Source: Ylistrum balloti (Eukaryota). From it: 64,000 nucleotides of DNA. The stretch spans positions 248,001-312,000 of the forward strand of contig NW_026781869.1 in the NCBI RefSeq assembly GCF_031769215.1, written 5' to 3'. The notes below the pieces were generated by a model, which did no database searches, was not told the DNA's origin, and saw nothing but the letters and a program-made list of their open reading frames with translations. Shown here piece by piece: positions 12,240 to 24,551 of the stretch; the stretch's first letter is position 1, and each line of letters opens with the position of its first letter. Both the position numbers and the translations under genes were made by a program.

Positions 12240-13170
12240 TTGATAACATTCCAATTTACACGCTTTATCGATAATATAGAAAAACTTAGGTCAAATGATA
12301 TGCTATTTATATATGTACCAATTATACCTTAGGGTCCGTAGTTTTAATAAGCTTTCCTTTTACACATTATTACACAGTATAGGCATATATACCAAATAGA
12401 CCTCAGAGTACGTAGCTTTGATAGCATTTTAATTCAATGTCCATGGGAAATTATGATCACATTGTTTTAATGAAATGATAGAAAATTCCACTTTTTAGTG
12501 TATTTTCTTGCAACGTTTAGTAGACGTTGTAGACGTCTGAGACTATTGCTTATAAGTGAGATGTAGACAGCAAAACATGGGTTAGTGCAATTAATTGATG
12601 AAATTCAATTGCTTCTTTGATTTATAATGCGCTAATAAGATTGGATATAATTGTTGACAACAGCATTGCCGATGCCTTGATAAGAGCTAGACAATGTTCT
12701 GAAAAATGTTTCCTGTTACTCCAAGTAACAACAGCATTTATGCCTTTATTTTGCAAGGTATAAAACGCTTTTCATTCGCTATAGACATTACTTTTCTGTT
12801 CCATGTTTTTCATTAATGCATTCATGATCGTTAAAGGATGGCATCGTGAAACTTGTTTTTTATGAAATTCAGTATTTTGCTGTCATCCATGCAATTACAA
12901 ATAATTTTCTTTCTAAAATTTGTATAAGACATGAAGTAAGCTGAAAGACGGTAAGTATCCGATTTTATGTTGACTTTTATATATAGGAAATACAACTTTC
13001 CATTTTTCGGTATATTCTATTATATTATCAACAGTTTCTCGCCACGCCTCGTTTGTTATGTAATCGATTCATGAACATTTATTTAGTCATACTTGTCGTA
13101 TACATACATTGGTCATATAAACTGATGAATCTGTTCTCTCGAGATGTCTGTATAAAGCTGTTCGAAGAAG
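12240..13170 (+). pseudogene. Possibly a very degenerate Penelope-like RT remnant
   Basis: Short motif echoes only: FQFTRFIDNI (about 12250, cf. FRYIDD) and NFPFF (about 12995, cf. VNFPFL). Heavily decayed. Confidence 0.22.
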
Positions 13171-14799
13171 TATGTTGAAGTGCCTGCAATCCCAATAGGA
13201 TACTTCCTATCGAGAAACATGTTGTTTTAGCCTTACGTTTTGTCCATATATGCACTGATTTGCACCATACAGAGCCTGTTTTCGTTTATTGACGAACCTT
13301 GGCCCCTGTCCGTAATTGCAGATTTCTGGTCTTGATGGTTCTTGATCAATACCACCGAGTCAAACCGTTCTGCGTTATTCCACTTTTGAACTACGACGGA
13401 TTTAATGCCATATTTGTACGGTTGCATGAATCCCGTCATATCGTCGACCGAAGATTTCATTACTGGTTCTGATAGGCAACCAGATAGTACTGTATAAACA
13501 AGACATACCCTATATTCAAAGTGTTAATTGTCTTCGTTAAACCGTCATCCCTTCCTTTAGTCTAGCATCAATGAATTAGCTATGGCAAGTATGGGAGTCC
13601 TTACTTTTTTTCGCGCAATGTCGCGTCCGTTGGGGATGTTGTTGTTATTTTTCATTGGCTACGTAATACCCCCTCGGAAAATTAACTGCTTTATATCTTG
13701 TGAGATCCTTTTTTATACGAATATCTTCCAATAATTTCAACACTTGAACGACATTCGTTTTTGTCACTTTGTTTCAAAGACGGTTAAAATATTTCTGAAA
13801 TTAAGAATGTCTTTGTTGCCGACTTCAGTAAATTTATTCGCAAATATTCAACGCTTACGTCCAATTCGTTGACGTTTCCCGATAATAAGGCTTGTACTTG
13901 TGAGCAGCTGTCAAATCTGACTAAACCCTACCATTGCTACATACGTGTTCAATTTCAATATCCGAGTATAAAAAACCCTATCTTGTTGCAATCTTTTCCA
14001 TAATTGACCTAAGTCTAGGACTTTTAATTTTCCTTAGTGTACGTTTACCCCTAAGACAACGGCAGTGTCCCTGACCCGATCCAATACACTATTTCTCTAC
14101 AAGTTAATGACCCTCGGACCTCTCACAAATTTGGGTTTATATATTACCCTCAAGGGGAATGTCTTATCTAGTTTTTTTCAAATGAATCCGTGTTATAAGA
14201 CGGGCTTTGTGACGGGAAATCCGTAGGGGTTGGAGAGCTAACTGACACTAAGGGTAGGGCTTTTAGCTGGGCTTTGGTACAGCTGATTATCGCTCAATGA
14301 ATATAACACACAAAACACTTACATGATCGTTTTATAGTATACAGCCATAAATTCTTCAGTGGTGTATGGATTACCGATATGATGTACAAAATATATCACC
14401 TTGACTTTAACGGCAAATGTAGCATCTTTTGTATGAATCGAAATGTTGAAGCATCAGCGAAAGGTACACGGTGATGGAAGGGCTCGGTCATGGTGCGTAG
14501 TGCTTTTTGATCGTTATTAATGATCCAGGAGCTGAGTTTGAGCATAGACTGAAAGTAGGAAATGTACCTATTCAGGAACGGACGATACTATGATGTTTCC
14601 CGCCTCCATGGACCATCTTCAAAATAAATATGATACGTTTAAACGAATCATAAGATTATTAGATATTATAATTTATATATCTTAGTGAAAAATAGCTTCC
14701 GTAGGTATTTAGTACCTTTTACACAGGTATCATCTTTACAAATAATCTAAAAGACGATAATGGAGTATGTTACTCGTGTGAAACGGGTAAGAGAACACT

Positions 14800-15640
14800 C
14801 AACTCGTTAGTAGGTATGTGGTATAATAGACTAGATTCTTTAACAAGTAAGGCTATTTTAACGTCTGTTATTACGTCAGAAATCCTATATGGATGTAGAA
14901 TAAGTATACTAATAAGGCACAAGACCAAGTCAATGTTACATCAAGATACACCTGCAGAAAATGTGTTGGTGTCTCACAAAGATCACCCACCACGGTTACC
15001 TTGCAGTGTATGGGTTTGAATCTATGGAGTGAAGTAGAAGGCATGATTTTTTGGCATAAACGATATTCTTCGTCAGTCTTTGCTGCTTTCTAGCTGGTAA
15101 CAGGTTGAAAAGGGAAAATGGTTTTTATACCAGACGTTTATCAAAAAATGGAGAAATTTAACTATGTTTTTTCAAAGAACAAATCACAGACACCGCTTTA
15201 TACCTGAAGAGTTCATAGAAAAGGTTCTGAAAAACTGTTTTGAAGCTGTTTTGACGAATTGGTATTATGATGAATTGAAACAAGATCTCTCTTCCAAAAC
15301 AAATGCTACAGTGGGTCCTAATCCCGTCCTGACTTTATGTCAGAAAATCCTCTAGATATAGCTGGAAACTTGATGAGGTAGTAATACTATGGATGAAAAC
15401 TGAAGCTGAAGGGGTTATTTGTACACTTTGTAGAAAGTTGAGCACTGATATCATTTCTTACCTACTGATCGAGTGTCATGTGCATTACCTTACGCGTGAT
15501 TCCTTCTTTGATAACATTGTTAATGTAGTAAATATCAGAGACTATGTGAGATTTCGTCTCTTAAAGAGAATCCTTAATCAGGTTTTCTGTTGGTCAGCTG
15601 TACTCGCGTTGATTTGTCTGACGAGAAGTGGTAGACTTTA
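14800..15640 (+). mobile_element. Degenerate non-LTR retrotransposon (LINE) ORF2 3' fragment
   Basis: Fragments read LTSKAILTSVITSEILYGC (post-RT LYG motif), RFIPEEFIEKVLK, and ICTLCRKLSTDIISYLLIECHVHYLTRDSFFDNIVN. The last matches the C-terminal CxxC-x8-H-x4-C knuckle position with the His substituted. Frameshifts and stops are present. Confidence 0.7.
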
Positions 15641-16649
15641 AGGTTTGTTGTTGCTGATGGAGTTGAGATGATACTCTCCACTATGAACTCACGGCTTGAA
15701 CTGATTGTGTCATGACTTATGAATGATATTGAAGTTTTATGTGCGGAATCTGTAACTAGCATTGAATTATGCATTTTTCAATGTTGTTTGAGATATCTTT
15801 ACAGAGGAAATAAAGAATGTTTGTCATTGTTTTTATTGTTTTTATCAAGTGGCAGGTCAACCTCACGTCCACCATGTTGAAGTACATCTGGTTTATCTAT
15901 AACGTTTCACAAGGACAAAGCTGGATTAACATTCACAAAATATATGTGTGAATATAAGATGAATATCAAGGGTTTTTCAACCTTTTATTAAAGATAACCT
16001 TTGTACCTTGGTAGCAACAAATGTGTAAACCAGTGTTAATTTTAATTCAACTTACATCGCTTTCAGCATCTGTACTTCTCCAGTAGTTCCCTTAATAATA
16101 TTCATAATATAGACCGAATGTCAGTGTGTTTTTGCACCTCTCCTGGTAATTATTGCATTTGCTTAGGGAGGGGGCAAGTTACTTTGAACAGCCATGTTTT
16201 ACTGGCCTTTGACGGATCTATTTATTATCTATCACACTGAAACGTCATGCCTGTACAAAGTACCAAGACACCTCAACTGGTCTACATCGCCTCTATTACT
16301 GATCACCATGCTTTATATGTTATGGCTAGGGGACAACATTTCCTCCTATATGGGCGCACGATTTACATCAAAGGTCAAAAGTAAAGTAGTGCCAAGAGAA
16401 ACATAAAGGAGATCAGCTGTCTTTGAAAAGAGAGGAAACAAAAATATATCACGTTTAGTCACCTTTTTACAATGACTGCATTACAGTATGTGGGCAAAAG
16501 GTGCAAATCATGCGTGTTAATTATAGGATTGAATTACGCCCACACCATACTCTCTTTTGAGGCACCTACAACGCTACCAAATAAGCGATATTGATTGTAC
16601 TACCTTTACTTATGTACATTTGACCTAAGATAACTGTTGACCCGGATGA

Positions 16650-16732
16650 AACATAACATATACAGAACACGTGCTATCAAAGTGCTTTAATTGCGCATAT
16701 TTTCAACTGAACAAGCACAAGAGTGTCTACAG
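16650..16732 (+). promoter_or_regulatory. Probable non-coding first exon of the second peptide precursor gene
   Basis: Ends in gtctacag|gtgagt (donor at 16733), about 450 nt before the acceptor tttgtttaag (17178-17179) that precedes the ATG at 17192. No canonical TATA is seen, so the 5' boundary is approximate. Confidence 0.5.
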
Positions 16733-17191
16733 GTGAGTTTATACATTACCTAGTTTTTTTCGAATATACTTCTGTAATTCCGAATTTGACTGGATAATGA
16801 TATAGTATACATCATCCAAATTTTGGGTTTGGTTTAACACTGCAGTTTGGTAATGATAAGACGTAGTCTGAACACTCGATAGACATGAACCCAAGAGATA
16901 GTACGTCTTGTTTCACGGTGTCACTGTTAATGCTGTCTTAGTCGGTTCCTTATCAATGCTATCATCGCCTCATCTGATTTAAGATAACGACGCAGACAGC
17001 AAATATTCTATTTTCTAAAAACACATGTAAGGTTTCATGATTAAGGTTAAATCTATATGAAATCAATCATTCTTACTATAGCCAGGCTATCGATAAACCA
17101 TCACGGACAAAAATAGCGTTTGGGTGTGCTATTTATATCATCATAAATTTTAATCATACATAACGTCAATTTGTTTAAGTTCGTAATTGCG

Positions 17192-19174
17192 ATGAAGAAC
17201 GGTAAAACTAGTGCCATTCTGCTACTAGTATTTATTATCCATGAGACTGTATGCCTGTCATTGCTCCATGGACACATGAAATCACAGGAAGCACTGGCGA
17301 TCAGACCAACATCAGAGTTGGAGCATTTGGAGGCAATCATCGGCGGGGAATTGGAGAGTGAGTCAATTCGATAGTCAGAAACTAACATAGCCAACCCTCA
17401 AATACAAACTGAAGATCTAGAGGAGGGTGCTCCTTAGTTTGTATACTAGTCACTTCGGGAATATCCATGCTGTGTTTTGAAATTTACAAAGGTTTAGATC
17501 GAACAGTAAAACGGATATTTGCGATATAATGATCTCGATAAACATGGCAGTGCTATCCTTATTTTGATCGTATAGATTTAAACAACAATGTTGTTAGAGC
17601 GTCTATTAGTTGATAATTCCAAAATATGGGTCACTTTAATCTGGATTCTTGACCCCACTAATGTCACATTTTCAGTGGCGTAATTGACAGTCGTCACTCA
17701 GGCTGGATGATATGCATATGATAATTTTGCGGACGGACAATTTTCCATAGTAATAATATCGTAAATTGCTTCCATTGGCCAATCAAATACCATGTTACGT
17801 CGCAAATGAAGTAGAAGGGTGTTACAAAAAGTACAGTACATGTTTGAATATAATTGTAGAATAAAGTACTGTATACACGATAGCTGATTAACTGATATTA
17901 GTGGCGTAATTTGAGGCAATCCTGAAGGCAATAGGAAAGCCTATTCGGCTGTAAAAACTGTTTGTAAAGTATGATAAAGCCTTAGATATCCAATAAGTTT
18001 AGAGGAACATCACGAGGGTATGTATATTCTGAGATATAATGGTGTTTATGATACTGTATCACATATATCTTGTAAATGTACATTATGTAGTAAGTAAACA
18101 GGTATATAATGCGCGTTTATTGAATGATACACTTTCTGTACGTAGGACGAATCTAACGTGCTCCATTCTTAGACGCGATAGAGCCCATTCTATTTAGTAA
18201 GGCATTCACACATAGTTATCATAAAATGATATCTGATTTTAGATACGCCCATACATGTATTCCTAGGCAACAACTCACATTTAATCTAAAAAAGATGAAA
18301 AAGTAGGGACCAAATTCATGTCATTTTGCAATTTGGTAGATAAATAATTCCAATATGTATATTTCAGTCTGACAAAACTATACACAATGAGAAAGCAATG
18401 CGTTCTTATGGTGATCATTCGGGACATATTTGAGATACATGTAAGGTGTGGCAGTGGTTGTTTTCTTAAAATCTTTCTCGGCGTAAATATCTTTACACTT
18501 TAACGTATTTGGATTCTCAAAAAAAAAAAAAAAAAAAATACAAACCCCGAAGCAGCAATGAAAGGAATCGGTATACTAGAATAATAACTATTTAGGAAAA
18601 TTATGATAAGATTGTTGGCATCTTAAAGAGTTTGATTAATTGTACTGCAGAAAATGGGTAAGGATTAAAGTATAAATATCACCCCCATCGCAGCGTAGGA
18701 ATTTGAAGAGTGCAAATGAAGTGAAAATATTTCTTGTGCGATATAGCAACAAGAAGGTACTATTGACATTCGACAGATGAGATCCTTTGTGCCCCTCATA
18801 TATATAGATATACGCATCATTTTTTTATTTATTAATTTGAAGGTCTCATCCCTGAAGGACTAACGGACGCTCTTGGTCACATTATCGGCAGACGAGTAGA
18901 GGTAGGTAATGACTTAATACAGTATTGTTGTATCATGTCTCAAATATTATCATCATTGCTTTTGACATATTCTTGTTATCCCGTGTTTTTTAATTATCTA
19001 TATGTAAATGCTATTGATTTGCATATGTTTAGAATAATTGACTTTTACAGTTTTAATTTCTTTCTTTCTTTTTTTTTTTTTTTTTTTTTGCCCATGACGA
19101 ATAGCTTATTTTGTTTACTTTCAGGCAACACACAGATTGTAAATCCAAGTTCCAGGAAGACGTTGTCTGTTTAA
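17192..19174 (+). CDS. Secreted His/Glu-rich amidated peptide precursor (80 or 92 aa) with a G-RR site; function unknown
   Basis: Exons 17192-17357 (donor gtgagt, phase 1), 18843-18901 (donor gtaggt) or 18843-18905 (donor gtaatg), and last exon from 19125 (acceptor ttttgtttactttcag). Protein: MKNGKTSAILLLVFIIHETVC (signal-like) LSLLHGHMKSQEALAIRPTSELEHLEAIIGGELESLIPEGLTDALGHII-G-RR-VE, then ATHRL* (stop ends 19142) or VGNTQIVNPSSRKTLSV* (stop ends 19174). AATAAA at 19205-19210. Confidence 0.72.
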
Positions 19175-19766
19175 CCGAGTGCTGTCTCCTGAATCATGTT
19201 TGTAAATAAACATAATTAAAGGCATTGTCACAGGAACCTAGGTTCGTGATTGCGAATGATTTAGTGTCCTCTTGACAGCAAGGGTTATATGAAGCCTGTA
19301 GTTCAAGAGGCCAAAGATTGAACGAAAATAAGTGTTGTAAGCGGCATAGGCGTATCATTCATATAGTTTTGATGTTTCTCTGGAGGAAGACTCCAAGGAA
19401 ATATTTCGAAGGGTAGGATATGAAATGCAGTGGAATACAGCAAATCGTATGGTTAATAAAATATGTTGCTCGCAACTGAGCGAGATCGGGACATCTCACT
19501 CGAGGGCTTGGATCCTTTAACACAATCCAAACCGTGGGCGTTAGCCGAGATTAGGATGTTACAGGATATGATTAAAGAAACAGAATATCTTTGATATTTT
19601 AACTACTACATTACCTATGTTTTTGTCGTCGAAATGCACAGATGTAAGTGCCACCTTCGCCTACACGCGGATGAATACACCAATGCTTACAAAATTCCGC
19701 GAAAGCGCACGTAAAGATACTAAATAGATCGGGCGCGATAGAAAAGTATAGGATGGGGTATTACGT

Positions 19767-19776
19767 GGGAAATCCC
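19767..19776. promoter_or_regulatory. Consensus NF-kappaB-type site GGGAAATCCC
   Basis: Exact 10-mer about 560 nt downstream of the polyA signal of gene 2, inside a CpG-richer segment that may itself be a repeat. Function is not shown. Confidence 0.3.
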
Positions 19777-22689
19777 TGTCTGAGGTGCAAGTATAGAGTG
19801 TCTCTCCAACGTCGTCTATTTTGGTCAGTGATCGAAGATTACGAGACACAAAGCAAGACACAACATAAACTTTCTTCTTGCGTTCTCGCACTGATTTCAA
19901 AATGTGTGATTTTCAACAGTGTTTTTGTTCCTTAGCTCGTGAATAACATATAAAAATAGTCGAATCACTAGATTTTATACATCCGATGATGTAAATCCTT
20001 AATACTACTGATCTGACCTTTTAAAGTCTGAAAAAAACTACTGAAACCTTATAATATATTGTTCAAAGAACACAAGTTAATGACACATGTCAGTACATGT
20101 TATTAGTTGCGTGGAATAGAACAAGTATTTACTGAACAGCTGTTTTAACATTAATGGACTCTTCCGTAAGGCTAGGACCCTAAATTTTGAAACCTGTTCA
20201 ATGTCTAAGGAAAACTAAAGTTTATTAAAAGAAATGTGAAAATCCATATGGGTTGGGGCACTAGCCCTTAATGTCATAGACTTCAATATTGCTTAATCTT
20301 GGACGAACGAGAGCATGGAATCTGTATGTATTCTCTGAACTGTGCTATTATTCGAATTAATTAAAAATGCAGGAAAACAATAAAAATCACAAAAACAGAT
20401 ATTCTACTGCTCACAATGCTGAAATATTATTACTCAGTTATTAGGGTAAATGTAAAGTTTACAGCATTTAGCAGGACTCATATAGTCCTTGTACCTTAGT
20501 GAACAAAAAGTGCAGATGTCCAGTATTGATTTATGCTACCTGATGCTGAGCTGACTAAACGTTTACAAGCACGCAGATTAATCATATAAGAATGTTCTTG
20601 AAATCGTAGTATGTCTGATGACACACGAATAAAAAACGGCATCAGATATCGAAATGTGAGATTGTATTCAATTTAAAACTCTTCGAAACCACAAATGCAA
20701 TCTTTGATCTCTAACAAACATAATCATGCGAGATTAAAGTTCCTATAAACCAAATAATTATGTTCTCTTCAGTACATACTTGCGTTCAGCTTCTCTTTGA
20801 AGAACGTATTACAACCATTTCAGGATAATCTTGTATTTGCATCTGTCCGGCTTGCCTCTCTCGATGGCGTGGGATAGTCTTTGAATATTTATCATTGTGA
20901 TTCGATGATGTCTACAAAACAGCAAATAACCAATGTGTTAATGTGTAAAATATACAATTGATTTGGGCAGTCCACTGGAAAAGATGAGATGAGATTTATG
21001 TTCGGGGGGATTACAGTCTCGATTTGGAATAACACTGTGAAGTAGTACCGTGCTCTCCCTGATGATGCAGTTTAAATCGTTATTTGGCTGTACTGTATCT
21101 AAATCTGTTTCGAAAGGTTCTATTCACTTGTGTGGCCTTTGTACATTATTTTCGCAGAATGTGTATACCTCCATCCCAACCACCGCATTGATATGAGAGT
21201 ATAACACAACATTTACGATCTTAAGCATTGTGTAAAAGACACACAAGAGAATAACATATTTCACTGAAAATTTAGAATCAGAAACGGTTGAACCAAATTG
21301 TAAATAAAACTACTTAATGAAGCTGTTTGGTTCATTTAGGACTCATCACCAATGGTAATACACCTAAAGTGTCGCTATCAAGGAAAATACTTACACGAAA
21401 AGAAAAAAATAATAACGACATGTTACATTCTTGCAATTGTGACAACATGCACAGCTTGTTTGAAAATCCTACCCGCAGATAAAATGTCAGTCAATAATGA
21501 CGCAATGTATATGGGGTCTAATTCCATGCACATGTTGCTCTGGTTTTTGTTTTTGTCTTTGTAATTATATCCTCACTTTCTCTTCCTGTGATGTATTTAT
21601 TGTCAATTTTCAATGCACTGACAAGTATATAGTCACGCTTAATCGACTTTGAGTGTCCTTCGTCGTATCGTAGCGTAAAACTGTATTGTATTAAGCCTTA
21701 CATGTAGCTGACTAGAAAAAAACATCATGTCTACACGCGTGCCTTTCGTTTAACCAGTATTCGGATGATCCCATTTCACAAGGGTTTTGGGTCAAGTGTA
21801 ATCCTCAATGAAACATGAACATCAACTTTCCTTTAACATGCTTATAAGTCTCCAATTACGTACGGATTATATACTCTCAGATTTAACACCTATCAATATT
21901 TCATACGTACAAACAATACACTTGTAAATGGAAACGGAAGTAAAACAAGTAAATAAGAGTTTCATTACTTACACAAGCTGTAAATTCGCGATATCCATTT
22001 AAACTTTTAGATTTTATATGAATATAAAAAGACATTAAGACACCGAAATGTAATATTATATGGTATATGGAGTTGTCTGTAATATGTAGTATTGCCTTTT
22101 CGTCATCATAGTGTTGTCACTGATGTCCAAATAGTGTCATCTACTACTCCAGGTAACATATCGCAGTTAAACTGAATTCATCACTGTTCTAACAATATGG
22201 TATTGGTTAATGTGCTTATTAGATATATATATCAAGATTGAAATTTATTTCTGTATATGCATTGGATCCAAAAGTATTTACAGTGTATAGAAATTTAGAA
22301 ATTAGAATACTTAATGTTACCTAATGGCTGCACTTCTTGTCAAAATTCTTTTTCTAAGCAAAAATTTTGTTTCTCTCTTTGGCCTCTTGTCGTTTTAATC
22401 GTACAGTTTGACCTTTATAACAATTGTGGAATATCTTGGTTATGTCTAAATGCACTGATATGCAGTTTTTGGACAAAACTTGTAGAACGATTAACCGCTC
22501 CGCAATGAAGGTATGTTGGCTTTCACCTTGTTGAAGTTGGCACTGTTTAAACAGTACATAAGTTAGTAATACACTGCTGATATCATTAGAAACGTCACAA
22601 AGCTTTGATTGACGTCCTATTTTGTCGTCTGTTCAACTGAGTTTAAATGTATGTGTGGTTCAGAATAGCTTATCATTCCCAAACGTTAT

Positions 22690-23455
22690 TGAGTTACTGA
22701 ATATGCCTATTACTATTGTACATAGAATTGACAGGAATTTCTATGAACGCAGGAGGTAGCATATGGTGAAAATCCGGACCGACCCAAAAGTTTAACAGCA
22801 CGGGACGGAAGGAAAGTCGACAGACAAATACATTTTGCCAACAGTTGGAAATAATTTTATCAGGCGAAATGGAAACCTGGTGCAATGAAAAACTCTTCTA
22901 CACGGAGGAGCACTGTTGAGTCAAATTCTGATTGAAAAGGAGTTTGTGTTTGGTGGAAAACGTATATCATTCTGGGTGCATTTCTCCAAGAGTTGAAGAT
23001 AAAAAGCTACGCCTGTAATCTTGGGATGCATCACGAAGCAAGATGCGGTGACACTTACTCATGTTAATAGGAACATTAATTCGGGAAATGTGTTGAACTT
23101 TTACAGCAATAAAATAATTGCTAGACATAATGCGGATAATGATTACATGTTTTAAGACGATAGTACTCCTGTTCATCGCTCTGGGTTCACGAAGACATTT
23201 TTGGAACCAAACGAAATAGACCCAATGAGCTGGCCTACATAATGTTCCGACTTTAACATTATAGAAAACTTATGGTTGATAATTAAAAGGGAAATTGAAC
23301 AGTCAGTTGACAGAAAAGAAATACTGAGCAATTTTATCAAAAACAAATTCTTTTTGGACGAGTTTGAGGTTGAAATTTTCCAAAACCTGCATCGGTCGAT
23401 TCCAAAAAGGATCTCTGCTGTAAGAAAGTCTCGAGAATACGTAATGAAATATTAG
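22690..23455 (+). mobile_element. Degenerate Tc1-family transposase pseudogene
   Basis: Motif remnants in order: NPDRPKSLTARDGR (cf. GRPRK), GGKRISFWVHFS (cf. GGGSVMVWGCFS), F*DDSTPVHRS (cf. FQQDNAPCH), WPT*CSDFNIIENLWLIIKR (cf. WPAQSPDLNPIENLW), and QNLHRSIPKRISAVRKSREYVMKY* (typical Tc1 C-terminus). It has an internal deletion, stops and frameshifts. Confidence 0.88.
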
Positions 23456-24077
23456 GTAAATAATAAAACAAAATATTTTAATCCCTCAGCCAATATAGTT
23501 ACTATCATCCTCTTTGTAGTGGTAAAATTAATTCTGTTTTATGTAGATGCAAACTGCCAATATCGTCATCTAAACGATGCACAAGCGGCATTACTTTTGA
23601 CAGCACAATGTCTCAATCGTTCCACTACTTTTAGTACAAAATATGTACTAAAGTGTATAAACCCACTTCCTAGTGCTCCCTGTTTGATACTCAGCACAGT
23701 CAAACGTACTAGTGTCTGTACAGTAAACTGAATAAAATGTCAGACAAACACGCTGGCTGAACACATTTAGTGAAAATACATTATGAAATAGCCCAATGTG
23801 TGGTCTCTGCATGCAATAATATGACGTAAAACAAGCCATATTAGTAGTCTCGTCTAAAATAAACACTTAATTGATATAAATAACATAGAACTGAAGGTGA
23901 CGGGTTGTGTAGTACATATACTGCAATAAAAATCAACATTGTAATTATATGTCTATATAAATTTATATCCGTATCAATTTTTACTTAATGTTATTACGTT
24001 GTCACACTTAATCAATCGATACTCCACACATTTCACATTTATACCAATAAGAATAGTAACACGTTGTCTAGTAAGCA

Positions 24078-24145
24078 GTGGCCATGATGGCACCATGGTA
24101 AGTGCTAAATTAGTCGGTGTCGTCGGTTCAAAGGATGACACCCAA
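24078..24145 (+). mobile_element. Possible degenerate tRNA-derived SINE head
   Basis: An A-box-like tggcaccatggtaagtgc and a B-box-like gtcggttcaaa. It does not fold as a tRNA. Confidence 0.25.
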
Positions 24146-24286
24146 TTGTAGTTGGATTTTTATATAGACAGAGAGGACTACCCTATGGAATATTAGTGAG
24201 TGTGAATTTTATTGTGTGGAGGCGTACCAAGCAGTTACAATTTCTTATATAAGGCTATAACAACATTCTTCTCTTAAATCGTGATC

Positions 24287-24551
24287 TGGACCCGTATTTA
24301 TAAAACCGTTCTCATGCTCAAGCATGAATTTTGTGCCCATGCCTTATGTATTATTTAAGTTAAATTTGATAGATAAGACTGATTTTGCCAAAGATTTTTA
24401 AACAAATTGAAAGAACTTCAAGTCAAAGTTATATTCAATGTTTATATTTGACATATGTATTATTTTATATGATTTAGGCGAACTATAAAAAAGTCTGCTT
24501 GACACAAAATATATGCTTGAACACGAGAATGGTTTCATTCATACGGGCCCT
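24287..24551. mobile_element. MITE (non-autonomous DNA transposon) with 49-bp terminal inverted repeats
   Basis: The left arm 24287-24335 matches the reverse complement of 24503-24551 at 39/49 positions. Termini are GG(A/G)CCCGTAT and the interior is AT-rich and non-coding. No TSD could be read with confidence. Confidence 0.85.

Noticed and set aside
13233-13460. Minus-strand 75-aa ORF in a coding-like segment
   Set aside because: No recognisable motif and the flanking frames contain stops. It is probably transposon debris but I cannot assign it.
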